Shown: positions 29,662-39,404 of the stretch, piece by piece
Layout of the letters: the number at the start of each line of letters is the position of its first letter
Position numbering within the stretch: position 1 is the first letter of the stretch
Source: Candidatus Aenigmatarchaeota archaeon
GTDB taxonomy: Archaea; Aenigmatarchaeota; Aenigmatarchaeia; QMZP01; QMZT01
NCBI GenBank assembly: GCA_963726265.1
Contig: CAVSBQ010000002.1
Location: 224,001-288,000 of the forward strand
Reading direction: 5' to 3'
DNA: 64,000 nucleotides
Notes under the pieces: generated by a model
The model's database searches: none
The model's input: only the letters and a program-made list of their open reading frames with translations
Told to the model about the DNA's origin: nothing
Made by a program: the position numbers and the translations under genes

Positions 29662-30804
29662 TTACTCCTCAATGACGAGGGAGAAGCCGTCGCTGAAAAC
29701 GCTTTTCCTTATCTTCTTCAGCTCCACCTTTTTGCCCGTCATGCCTGAGATGATGCCCGACAGCATGGCCCTGAACATGACGAATTCGACTTCGTCCGCC
29801 CACTCGTTCCACGGGAAAAAGCCCACGGTGATTTTGTATTTTCCACCTTCCGCGGACGCGAAAAAATCGCCGAAGCCGAAGCCCGGGAAAAGGTCCTTTA
29901 TGAATTTGCACGGGTCCTGCTTATCGAATTTTCCCGAAAAGGCTTTCCCCCAGGCGAAGCTTGTCCGCCACAGCAGGTCGAGGCCTCCGGGAAGCTTTTT
30001 CAGGCCCATCTCGAGCAGATACATCACCGATGACTCCAGCAGCAGGAAGCGCTCGTCCTTGTAGGTCATGGTGCCATGGGCGTATTTTATGAAGCCGGCA
30101 TCTATGATCGTCTTCAGCGAGTTCTTCGCGAACTTCGAGGTCCTTACGCAGTTGATGTTGTTGTACTGGGGCAGTCTTATCGAAAGGTTGTCCAGCCTCC
30201 CCTCGCTGAAGCATTTCATCCTTTTTTCTGCGAAATAGTCCCTGGGCGCGCACACCACTTCGCAGAAGGCGTCCTGCCTGCCCTGGCATTTCGTCTGAAC
30301 CCCTTCGATATTCATGTTCTGCACGACGTATGCCCATATCCCGGCTATCGAACCCTCCGTGAGCAGGTGGCCTATGCCGTTCCTGCTGCAGACTATGTAA
30401 TCGTTCATGGAGAGCGTGAAAAGCTGCCTGGCCATGTCTATTTCATGCGTCATCTTGGACGAGTATATGCTCTCGATGTATCTCACGACGAAATAGGCGA
30501 ATTTCAGGAAATCGCCTTCAGACGACTCCTTTATGGTGGGAAGGTGCGACGCCGAGGCATAGCGGTAGCCGAATCTCTTGCCTATCGAATAAAGGAGCTG
30601 CCTGCCTTTTTCTGCGTGCTTCGTCACTATGCCCTTTTCAAGCTCGGCGAATATGCCCTCCGGGATCACGACTTCCCTGAGGTTCGTGATGGCCTTCTTC
30701 TTGCCGATCTTGAGGACGATGAAGCCGGGCCTGTCTATTATTTCGTTCCTTGGAAGAAGCACGTTCCTTATGAACCAGGATACGGTCGCGTCTTTGATTG
30801 CCAT
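29662..30804 (-). CDS. Tandem V4R-like domain protein
   Basis: LYSIGKRFG...GSIAGIW...EGVQTKCQGRQDAFCEV, then a second repeat (GFGFG...RAMLSGIISG). Confidence 0.6.
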   Translation of the reverse strand: MAIKDATVSWFIRNVLLPRNEIIDRPGFIVLKIGKKKAITNLREVVIPEGIFAELEKGIVTKHAEKGRQLLYSIGKRFGYRYASASHLPTIKESSEGDFLKFAYFVVRYIESIYSSKMTHEIDMARQLFTLSMNDYIVCSRNGIGHLLTEGSIAGIWAYVVQNMNIEGVQTKCQGRQDAFCEVVCAPRDYFAEKRMKCFSEGRLDNLSIRLPQYNNINCVRTSKFAKNSLKTIIDAGFIKYAHGTMTYKDERFLLLESSVMYLLEMGLKKLPGGLDLLWRTSFAWGKAFSGKFDKQDPCKFIKDLFPGFGFGDFFASAEGGKYKITVGFFPWNEWADEVEFVMFRAMLSGIISGMTGKKVELKKIRKSVFSDGFSLVIEE

Positions 30805-30838
30805 GGACAGCACCTGAATCTGCCGGATGCGCCGGGAT

Positions 30839-31672
30839 TCAGGCCCCGATTATAGTTAGGAAAGAAAGTATAAAAAACAGGAAAACGAACTCGCCGTCGA
30901 CGACCAGGCCGTAAAAGAAGCCGTCCTTTTTTTCCCCTGCGCTGCGGGTGTAGAAATATATGTAAGCGAGGAATGGGACAAGGACCAGCGCACCCACGGG
31001 CAGGACCCTGAGGAAAACCGAGGAGACAAGGACGACTAAAGCGAGCGCGTTCGCGGCATGGCATACGGTCCTGGTCTTTTCTATGCCCAGCCTTATGGGT
31101 ATGGTCCGTATCTTCGCGTTCGAGTCGCCTATCACGTCCTTGACGTCGAATATGACCGTGTTGACAAAGAACGCGATGGCGAAGAACGCCGCCAGCAGGA
31201 AGAATCCCGGGCCGAAAAGATTGTTGTAAAATCCCACTAGCAGCGGCGTCAGGCCCCACGAAAGGCCCACCAGCGCGTTCTTGAAAAAGAAAAGCCTCTT
31301 CAGCCTTTTTATCGAGTAAAGCGAAGCTATGGCGCCCGGCAGCGCGGCGACTAGCAGGACGTGCCATCCCCTCATGGAGGCGAGGTAAAGCGCTCCCAGA
31401 TACATGGCCGAACTGATGACCATGAGATAGAAGCCGTGCTCGCTTATGAACCTCCTCCTCTCGGGCACGTTTATGATGTCCTCCTTGTCGTCCGTGTGCC
31501 TGTTGAGGTTGTAGATGAACATGCCGCCAGCGAAGGGGATGAAAAGCAGCGCGGGCTCGAAGGGCAGCTGCATGACGAAAAGCGTGAGCCATGCCACCAC
31601 CGAGGCCCCGAAGGAAAGGTAAATGTTGCTGTGGACGAGAAAGCGCAGGCTTTTCCTTGCGAGCCTTATCAT
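30839..31672 (-). CDS. UbiA family prenyltransferase
   Basis: YNLNRHTDDKEDIINVPER; NTVIFDVKDVIGD...IRTIPIRLG; multiple TMs. Confidence 0.9.
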   Translation of the reverse strand: MIRLARKSLRFLVHSNIYLSFGASVVAWLTLFVMQLPFEPALLFIPFAGGMFIYNLNRHTDDKEDIINVPERRRFISEHGFYLMVISSAMYLGALYLASMRGWHVLLVAALPGAIASLYSIKRLKRLFFFKNALVGLSWGLTPLLVGFYNNLFGPGFFLLAAFFAIAFFVNTVIFDVKDVIGDSNAKIRTIPIRLGIEKTRTVCHAANALALVVLVSSVFLRVLPVGALVLVPFLAYIYFYTRSAGEKKDGFFYGLVVDGEFVFLFFILSFLTIIGA

Positions 31673-31752
31673 AATTAATAAATTTGAGCCCGCCCTCTTA
31701 AATATCACGGTTTTGGCTGCGGCTTTGGCTGCAGAAAGTTTTATTGCTTTTA

Positions 31753-32501
31753 TCACGCGGGTCTTCGCGTCCCGATTTTGGAAGCTGGAGTGGCTTTCCT
31801 GGAGCGCCTGATGACCTTCCTGGTCTCAGGCTTCGTTGCCGCCTTTGTTTCCGCTCTTTTTTCAACTAGAGCTGCAGGCTTCACCTCTATGTACTGGAAG
31901 TTGGTGGGCGGCGTGGCGGCTGCGGGCTTCACCTCAGCTTTAACCTGCCCTTTAATTTCCTGTTTTGCCGCAGGCTTCACTTCTTGTTTCAGTTCCGCCT
32001 TCTTCGCCTTCTCCGCCTCCATCGCTCTCATAAGCATTTCCTTTATCCTCGCCTTTTCCATGCCGAAGTAGCGCTCGAGTTCCTTGGTGGCCATGAGCTT
32101 TGACGTTCGCCCTTCTTTCTCGGCTTTTATCAGCCCTTTTTTGCGCAGGAACTTGACGTAGGCATAGGCTTTGTTGCCCTGGATGTGGACGACCTCGCTC
32201 TGTTTTACCGGCTCCTTATACACAACCAGCGCTAACGTTCGTTTATGGCCGTCCTTCAGGTCGGAGTAAGGGGTCAGGTGCGCGACCTTCGGGAGGACGT
32301 CCGGCTTGACCCGCATGTGCCAGCCTTCGGGATTGGAAATCACCTCGACGCCTTTCGCCTCGTTTTCGTATTCCTTCACAGGCCTTCAAGCAGCTTCTTG
32401 ACGTTCGTCGGCGTAACGCCCGTTATCTTCGCTATCTCTTCCGCGCTCATCGGCCTCGAGGCCATGAACAGCGCCGCTTCGACAAGCTTCCTCGACATCA
32501 T
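31753..32501 (-). CDS. scpB: SMC-Scp complex subunit ScpB (frameshift near 32380)
   Basis: LVEAALFMA.RP; TLALVVYKEPVKQSEVV.IQG..AY..V..L...GLI; T.E...YFG. Confidence 0.85.
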
Positions 32502-32626
32502 AGCACCTCAAAAGCATCTGAAAACATCTTATACTATTATTGTCGGCGAAATTTTAAATTGTTCTGTCGTTGCCTATCCTTTCCAAAAAATTCTGTTATT
32601 TAAGAGTAACGTACCATAATTTAATC

Positions 32627-32785
32627 ATGGAATGGGGCTTGAAAATAGTCGTAATTGCGATGCTGCTCATAGTGTTTTTCGTGATAGTTGTCATGCTCAT
32701 GACCAGCTGGTCCGGCCAGTCCAACAATGCCGTGAACGGTATTTTCGACTTTCTCAAAGGCCTAGGAGGCGGCCAGATAAAGTGA
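32627..32785 (+). CDS. Small pilin-like protein
   Basis: MEWGLKIVVIAMLLIVFFVIVV hydrophobic pilin-type helix; own TATA. Confidence 0.6.
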   Translation: MEWGLKIVVIAMLLIVFFVIVVMLMTSWSGQSNNAVNGIFDFLKGLGGGQIK

Positions 32786-32853
32786 GCATGCCGCCACTCG
32801 CAGCCGAAGCGAAAACCAAAGTTTAAATAGGGCCTAGGCACATATTAATCAAT

Positions 32854-33150
32854 ATGAGAGAGTCATTAGAGCTTGTGATTATAGCTATTACGCTTCTTGT
32901 GGCGGCGCTAGTTGTTCTGACGATTTTTGGAAGTGGAATGTCACCTTTCGGTAACTTGACATCATTCAAAACCAACTGTATAACTACCGGACAGGTTGCA
33001 TGCACAAGCGGCGGATCAGAACCTGCAACTTGGTATCAAAAGGTCAATGTCGGCGGCGAACAAAAAAGCTGCTCAGATATAGCGACATTCGGCACATGTT
33101 GCACAGGCACACCACCAAAATGGAATAGCCAATCATCTGGTTGCGCTTAG
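32854..33150 (+). CDS. Pilin-like protein, Cys-rich head
   Basis: MRESLELVIIAITLLVAALVVL; NC...G..AC; paralog of the next gene. Confidence 0.7.
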   Translation: MRESLELVIIAITLLVAALVVLTIFGSGMSPFGNLTSFKTNCITTGQVACTSGGSEPATWYQKVNVGGEQKSCSDIATFGTCCTGTPPKWNSQSSGCA

Positions 33151-33186
33151 TCTTCTATTTTTATATGGTTTTGTCAATTATTACTC

Positions 33187-33564
33187 ATGAGACTTTCTCT
33201 TGAAATCACGGTTATTGCGATTGTTCTACTGGTGATAGCTGCGGTGCTCATAGGCATTTTTGTGACGGGCGTAAACAATGTAAGTCCTTACACAGATGCC
33301 AGGGCCAACTGCATCAATACCGGCTTCTCAGTATGCAAGTCTATGGGAGTTCTGCCGCCCATGTGGTCGACACAGACATATATTTACAATGGCCAGCAGC
33401 AGACATGCCAGCAGATAACCGGATACAATGACTGCTCTCCTCTCGGCATCCCGAAGTGCTCCGGAACATGCAAAATCAGTTGTGACCTGTCGACAGAAAA
33501 GGAAATACCATCGACCCAGGGCACTTGCACCATTGGTCAGATATGCTGCACGAAAAAGGTTTAA
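33187..33564 (+). CDS. Pilin-like protein, Cys-rich head
   Basis: MRLSLEITVIAIVLLVIAAVL; C-terminal GTCKISC...C...ICC motif. Confidence 0.7.
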   Translation: MRLSLEITVIAIVLLVIAAVLIGIFVTGVNNVSPYTDARANCINTGFSVCKSMGVLPPMWSTQTYIYNGQQQTCQQITGYNDCSPLGIPKCSGTCKISCDLSTEKEIPSTQGTCTIGQICCTKKV

Positions 33565-33570
33565 ACCTTT

Positions 33571-35783
33571 TCAAGAAGGCCACGTTATTGCTCTATCTCT
33601 GCCGACTTCTGTCAAGAAACCCGTCCCTGCGCCCAAGAATAAAAGCAGGTATGTTGGATTTCCTTGAAAACAAGCAGCGATCGCGAGACCAGCGCTGGCG
33701 GCTCTTCCTGCCCACGTGAGTACAACCTGTCCTGTGCTAAGGTATCTGACACAATAGTTATTACCTTCAACATCAGTTCTTTTGCTTCCCATCCCTGTCA
33801 AATCAATGGTAATGCCGTCTATCATACATTCGCCAACACTGATGCTTTTTGTTGCAAAGGTCTCATCACCGATTTCTTGCATGTCATTATAAATCAAATA
33901 ATTTTCGTCGGCATAAACGCCTATCTCATCATATTTTCCATTGAGGTCATTGTCTCCGATAATCCAAAAACATTTGTTTGGCCAGTCGCTAACAGCGTCG
34001 CCTGTTTTTTTGCATTTATCATTGTTTATCCTAAACAAAACAAACTCAACCGGTATGAAATCCGTAGTTACTTTGCTCCTGTTAATGAATATGGTAATGT
34101 CGTCCAGGATGTTGGCCGCATCTTGCTGAACTCCTGGTGTTTTTTTCAGTTCATCTGTTGAAAAATAGCAGGGAGATATTTGTTCAGTTCATTCTCAGGT
34201 ATGCCGATAAAATATAATGATGATGGTGGGAGGCCTAAATCATAACATTTCAAAGGTATGTCTTCAATGATTTTTTCTTCAAGGTTTACACCACCTGTGC
34301 TCAAATCAACATCGTGGTAATCAAAATAATAATAAGTGAAGTAGCTGTTGCTCGTATCTACTTTTTTGAACAAAAGATATGTTTGCCTGTTTTCATTTAC
34401 CTTTCTTAAAGGCAGGTAAATCTTGCCGACAGCCTCTACGCTTTGGTTGTTTGTTTCGCCGAACAGATCCTTGCTGTCATCTTTTGACAAGGCCTCCAGA
34501 ATGTCAAAGACGTCATAACCTATATAACTGTTCACAGAATCTTTATCGAAATTATTACATATGTGGTATTTTGCATTGTTGCCTATACTATCTGGATCGG
34601 CGCATGTTGTCGATCCTGTGTTTGGGTCATACACATACTTTTCACACAAGAAATTGTTTTTGGCTACGTCGAAATTACTGAGATAGCATGGTGAAGCCAT
34701 ATGAAAATTTTTCTCCACTGTTCCTGCTTCCGGTTTCCATTTCAGTATAACCGGTTTGCCCTCGAGCTTGCTGTCAAGATTAAATTCTTCCTTCTCCTCG
34801 AAAGGCGATTTTAAAATAATTTTATTTCCGGATGGTATGTATTTTGCTGTGTCACTCGAGTAAAGAGCTAAAGCAATTGCCGCAGTTTCCATCGTTGCGA
34901 ATCTTTTTCCTGTTTTCGTTATAAATTGCGTCAGGCCATATTTTTCTATCCTGTCCGTGATTATTTTTTTAATAGCTTCCTCTTTTATATATTCGTTTAG
35001 GATTTGGGTTCTGCCTTCGTATTTTATGGCATTTTTAACCAGCTTTTTGACTCCTTCTTCACCCATTTTTTCTATTTCCTCTTTAGCAGCCTCTTTACTA
35101 AGTTCAATCCCAGCTTTTTTTGATAGCATCTGTACCACAAATTCTTCGGAGGGCTTTATCAGCATGGCTGCATCTCTTTCACCACAAACCCGGCAATTTT
35201 AGTTGGCGGTATCAAAGAAACCAGAGCGAACATAAGATGCACTTTCCAATTGCTTTGTAAAGTCCACGTATCTTCATCGCTTGGGAATACATTCCAATAT
35301 GTAATAAACGCAGATCTCCATAATATGGTATCCAGTCTTCTTTCTTTGAAATGTCCTGAGGAAGTTTAAAATTTTTGACAGTGCATCTTGTACTCGTTGT
35401 TTCAATCCCGTTACACTCTACGCTAGTTTCTCCGATGCTGTAATTTTGGCTAGCCGTTCCTGAATTAATGCCATTTGGCTGCTCAGATGATGTTGCCGTC
35501 GCGGTTGCTGTTTTAGAGTATTTTGTATTCAAACCCGGAACATTGGTCCTCATTTGTTGAAACGGTGTTTATGGCGCAAGTCAATGCATCGACAGATGCC
35601 TTGAGAGGTTTCATAATATGCCATTGTATTAGTTTTCTTGCCGAAAAGCTTGTCCATCTGCTTCCCAAACTCACCAAGAAAGCCGCTCTGGCTGGCGATG
35701 CCGCCTATTATTATGATGGTAAACAGCACGACAAGAACCATTCCAATCGGCGTTTTCAAGAAATCTTCTTGGCCCTTCCTCAT
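33571..35783 (-). CDS. Large class III signal-peptide surface protein (about 730 aa, several frameshifts)
   Basis: MRKG|QEDFLKTPIGMVLVVLF N-terminus, followed by contiguous same-strand fragments 35212-35553, 34146-35165 and 33571-34038. Confidence 0.6.
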
Positions 35784-35886
35784 AATTAATAATTGATATT
35801 TGATTTATATATAATCAAATAAAAGCGATGGCTGATTGGCGAATCTGGTTTCAAATTTAATAAGCAGGCCGCTTAAAATATTAAAT

Positions 35887-35997
35887 ATGAAGGCATTCTC
35901 CCAGCTTCTGACCGGAGGCATGATAACCTTTTTCATGGGTGTGGTAGTTTTCGTCATAATGGCGCTGCTTGCCGCGAAATGGCTGGGTTATATATGA
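35887..35997 (+). CDS. 36-aa pilin-like micro-protein
   Basis: MKA|FSQLLTGGMITFFMGVVVFVIMALLAAKWLGYI*; absent from the ORF track; first gene of the operon. Confidence 0.55.
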   Translation: MKAFSQLLTGGMITFFMGVVVFVIMALLAAKWLGYI

Positions 35998-36007
35998 GGT
36001 GCTATGC

Positions 36008-36205
36008 ATGAAAAAAGGTCAGACTCCGGACATGCTGTTCTGGTTTGTTACAATACTCATTGCAGTCGGCGTTGCTATAGTGCTTACCCTTTTCTTCGTA
36101 AATACGTCAAAGACCTTCGACAGGCCTTCGGAAGAAAATCCGCTTATACAGAATGTTGCGCCGTTGGTTCTTTTGATGTTTTTTAAGCTCAGAAAACAAA
36201 TATAA
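36008..36205 (+). CDS. Pilin-like protein
   Basis: MKKG|QTPDMLFWFVTILIAVGVAIVL. Confidence 0.7.
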   Translation: MKKGQTPDMLFWFVTILIAVGVAIVLTLFFVNTSKTFDRPSEENPLIQNVAPLVLLMFFKLRKQI

Positions 36206-36209
36206 GTTT

Positions 36210-36779
36210 ATGAAAAGGGGTTCTCAGAGTTTGATAATCTTCACTGCCGTGGCTGCAGTTTTTATCGTTCTTGCATTGGTTATAGGTAACAGATGGTTTA
36301 CGTATTTGGTCAATGGCAAATGCGTTTCAGACACACTGAGGGACATCGATATCATGACAGACCAGTTCAAGAGTTCTTCAACGGAATGGCACGCAATAGC
36401 TATAAGGATGAATGACTGATACAGCGGCGTAGTCTTCGCTAACGGTCAGCAATGGAAGACCGTTACAGAGCTAAAGGGTATGAAAGAGGTGAAATGCAGC
36501 GATGATGCGGACGCACACATATTAATCTTCAAGAGGGATATAGGGTTGGTGGAGGCAATTAAATCAAGGAAAAAGTACTGGCTGCTGTGATTGCACGTGA
36601 TGTAACTTTGAGGGATGTATACGGCTATACGTTTTTTACCAATATGCCGGGAGGGGTTCTGGCAGGCTCGGGGTAAAGGATGAGTCTCTGATTTATTGTC
36701 TCGTATTCAGGATAGATCAAAAAAACAAGGGAATAGAAATAACCAAATGGGAAACTGTCAGCGCAAAGGAGAAATGTAA
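36210..36779 (+). CDS. Pilin-like protein (in-frame TGA at 36417 and later frameshifts)
   Basis: MKRG|SQSLIIFTAVAAVFIVL; the frame continues YSGVVFANGQQW... after the TGA. Confidence 0.55.
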
Positions 36780-36791
36780 AATTTGATTACG

Positions 36792-37997
36792 ATGAAACTC
36801 AAGGGCGACATACCCGGAGAAAGGATGATGATTTTCATTGGCGTGGTACTCATAGGCATGCTTTTTCTGACCACAATTATTCTGCAAACGCTTACGCCAA
36901 ACCTTAAATCCAGCGAGGAAGCAAGATTCTCCCTATTTCGCGCACACCATTGCTTCATATATAGGGATGTTGTCGAGCGTTGAAAGCGGCGTGGTGGAAA
37001 GGGACTTCGAGGAACCGGTAGACATACAAATCAAAAAATATACATGGATAGGAACGTTGACGCATATGAGACAGAGGCCCGCCGTCTATTATGTAGAGGT
37101 TCGTTTACAGGAAAGGGGATCAAAAAAGCAAAAAGATGTTCCCTGACATGACAAATTGCGAAGTCGACTGCCTCAACGAGAACTGCAAATGTGAAAGCTG
37201 TTCTGAGGGTGAATGCACCATTGTCTCTCTTGAAAAATCGACCACCAGCGAGGCCGTTCCTTTCATAGGTTTCGTTGACACGGGCAGTGAAAATTCAATT
37301 AACATAACAGGCATGAGATTCGTATCGCTCCGAAAAGATTCGTCTTCCCAAAGGCGTCAAAATCGGCAAAGTCGAGATAAGTATCTTTTTGTACAGAGCC
37401 CTCTGAAAGCGATATTATAAACGTAATAGACAGTTACTGCGCTAAATACGGCCTTGACAAGAATGTCGTGAAGGCGCACATAACAGCCGAAACCGGCTTC
37501 AAGCATTGCGGCCCTGAGGGAGAAATTATAGGTTCAGAGGCCGGTGCCCAAGGAATAATGCAGCTTTTGCCCGCAAACGGCAAACGAAATGGCCACAAAA
37601 TACAACGAGAATATAGATTACCGGAACCCTCTCGACAACATAAAGGCGGGCATACTTTATCTTTACGACAGAAGGATGGTGATGGAACAATACACGCAAA
37701 GGGAGGATCTTGACAGGGTGATGGTCGCCAGTTATAACTGCGGCAAAATAGTTGAACTGGTTCAAAAAAATCTGCAATAAAAACGAAGCCGGATGCTGGA
37801 GCAATGTGGAAAAATACATAAATTCCAAAAACCCAGAGGGAACATACTGCCAGGGGGCGAATGGTGATGAAACTTATAACCATGTGAAAAAGGTTTTCGA
37901 AAAGTATAAGCCTTGTTTCGAAAACAACCCCACCTGTTATTTCGCGTGTTTCGGCTCGTCGTGTGCGGCTAGATTGTGGGAGGTTACGGTAAAATGA
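36792..37997 (+). CDS. Pilin-like protein fused to a soluble lytic transglycosylase (SLT/GH23-like) domain (multiple frameshifts)
   Basis: MKLKG|DIPGE.. plus TM; then KYGLDKNVVKAHITAET, GAQGIMQLLP, PLDNIKAGILYL, ASYNCG and ETYNHVKKV in order across frames. Confidence 0.8.
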
Positions 37998-38422
37998 AGG
38001 GAGACTACGAGTTTCTGAACATAACTTTCGCATTGATCATATTCATGGGCACAATAGTGCTGATTGTGCTGATGATAAGGGGCAACATACTAAGCTTCAG
38101 CGGAGGCGTGGCCTCCGATGTGACTCAAATAAATGCAATAGAAGCTTCTCACATGGTTGAATATTGCTTCACAAGCATGGAAGGCGGCGACTCGGAGAAC
38201 ATAGCAACCACGCTTCTTGACAAATACAACGGCAAGAGCATCGCTGAGATATGCAAAATAGACAAGCCGGAGATAAAAGTTGAGATAATAGACATGGAAA
38301 ACGAGAAAAAATGGAGCTTCGGCACAGTTTCGAAATCGAATCACGAAATATGGGTTTCAATAATTTACGAAAATGCAGGCGTTAAAAGTGTAAATATGGG
38401 GAAGATGAATGTCGAAATATAG
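37994..38422 (+). CDS. Pilin-like protein
   Basis: MKG|DYEFLNITFALIIFMGTIVLIV; ATGA overlap with the preceding gene. Confidence 0.7.
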   Translation: MKGDYEFLNITFALIIFMGTIVLIVLMIRGNILSFSGGVASDVTQINAIEASHMVEYCFTSMEGGDSENIATTLLDKYNGKSIAEICKIDKPEIKVEIIDMENEKKWSFGTVSKSNHEIWVSIIYENAGVKSVNMGKMNVEI

Positions 38423-39404
38423 CGGAATGGTCGACACCATAGTCCTCGTTGTGATAGCTGCGGCACTGCTTGGGGCTTTTTTCATATTCATTCAGATAAA
38501 CAACTTCATAGGCATAATAAAAATAAAGGGAGAGGTTGATGTTTACCTGAACATACAGGATCAAGGAACACAACTGCTCAGTTTCCTCAAATCCCAGAAA
38601 AGCGGCACTAACTACATGGGAATGCTGGGTTCATATGCGGCAAAGGATACACCGGATGAATATGACAAAGAAATAACTTCGACATTGCAGAAGCTTGGAG
38701 ATTATGACCTTTTCGTCCAAAATCAGAGCCAGGAAATAATAAAGGAATTCAAATCAGTAAATTCACCAGCAGGCGGACAGAATATAGGTGTTGTGATAAA
38801 ACTTGACTGGCCGTTGAAAAATCACAATACGATAAACAACGGATACGGATGGAGGGATCTGTCTGGCAAAAGGGATTTCCATGGAGGCCTGGACTTTGCA
38901 GTCACGGAAGAAGAAGTTTATTCCGCATACCCGACTGGTAAAGTCGTAAGGATGGGCAAGGGGTGTGAACCGTCACCAAATGTCTGTGCTAATGTCGATT
39001 CTTGTGCTACAAGTAACGATCAGTATTGCTGCTGCAATAGCGGCCTTGGGAATTTCGTTGTGATAAAGCACGAAATTAGCGGAGAAACTTTCTACACGCA
39101 TTATGACCATCTTAAAGAGGTTTACGTCCACATGAATGACGAAATAGGTAAGGATATAATGCCAGACCAGCCTATAGCGAAGTCAGGCAATACAGGGTAT
39201 ATACAGGGGGAGAACGGCTATCATCTTCATTTCGAAATGAGCAAGAGCGAAATTAAAAGCGATGACGCCTCCATAGACCCTTGCATCTATTTCCCACAGC
39301 CTGTGCCAGTAAACTGCGAACAGGAATCGCATCGGCCTGCTGGCCTTTCGGTTGATATACCGCTTCCTAATGGGCAGGTTGGAGAGGTATCGTTGATAAC
39401 ATGA
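38409..39404 (+). CDS. Pilin-like protein with inserted M23 (LytM) metallopeptidase domain
   Basis: MSKYSG|MVDTIVLVVIAAALL; WPL...GYGWR..FHGGLDF (HxxxD), GNFVVIKH, YDHL, SGNTG, HLHFE (HxH). Confidence 0.88.
   Translation: MSKYSGMVDTIVLVVIAAALLGAFFIFIQINNFIGIIKIKGEVDVYLNIQDQGTQLLSFLKSQKSGTNYMGMLGSYAAKDTPDEYDKEITSTLQKLGDYDLFVQNQSQEIIKEFKSVNSPAGGQNIGVVIKLDWPLKNHNTINNGYGWRDLSGKRDFHGGLDFAVTEEEVYSAYPTGKVVRMGKGCEPSPNVCANVDSCATSNDQYCCCNSGLGNFVVIKHEISGETFYTHYDHLKEVYVHMNDEIGKDIMPDQPIAKSGNTGYIQGENGYHLHFEMSKSEIKSDDASIDPCIYFPQPVPVNCEQESHRPAGLSVDIPLPNGQVGEVSLIT

Noticed and set aside
36417..36419. In-frame TGA as evidence of stop-codon recoding or selenocysteine
   Set aside because: TGA terminates many ordinary genes here (nrdR, trpS, tyrS, dys) and this region is error-rich, so a miscalled TGC/TGT is more likely.
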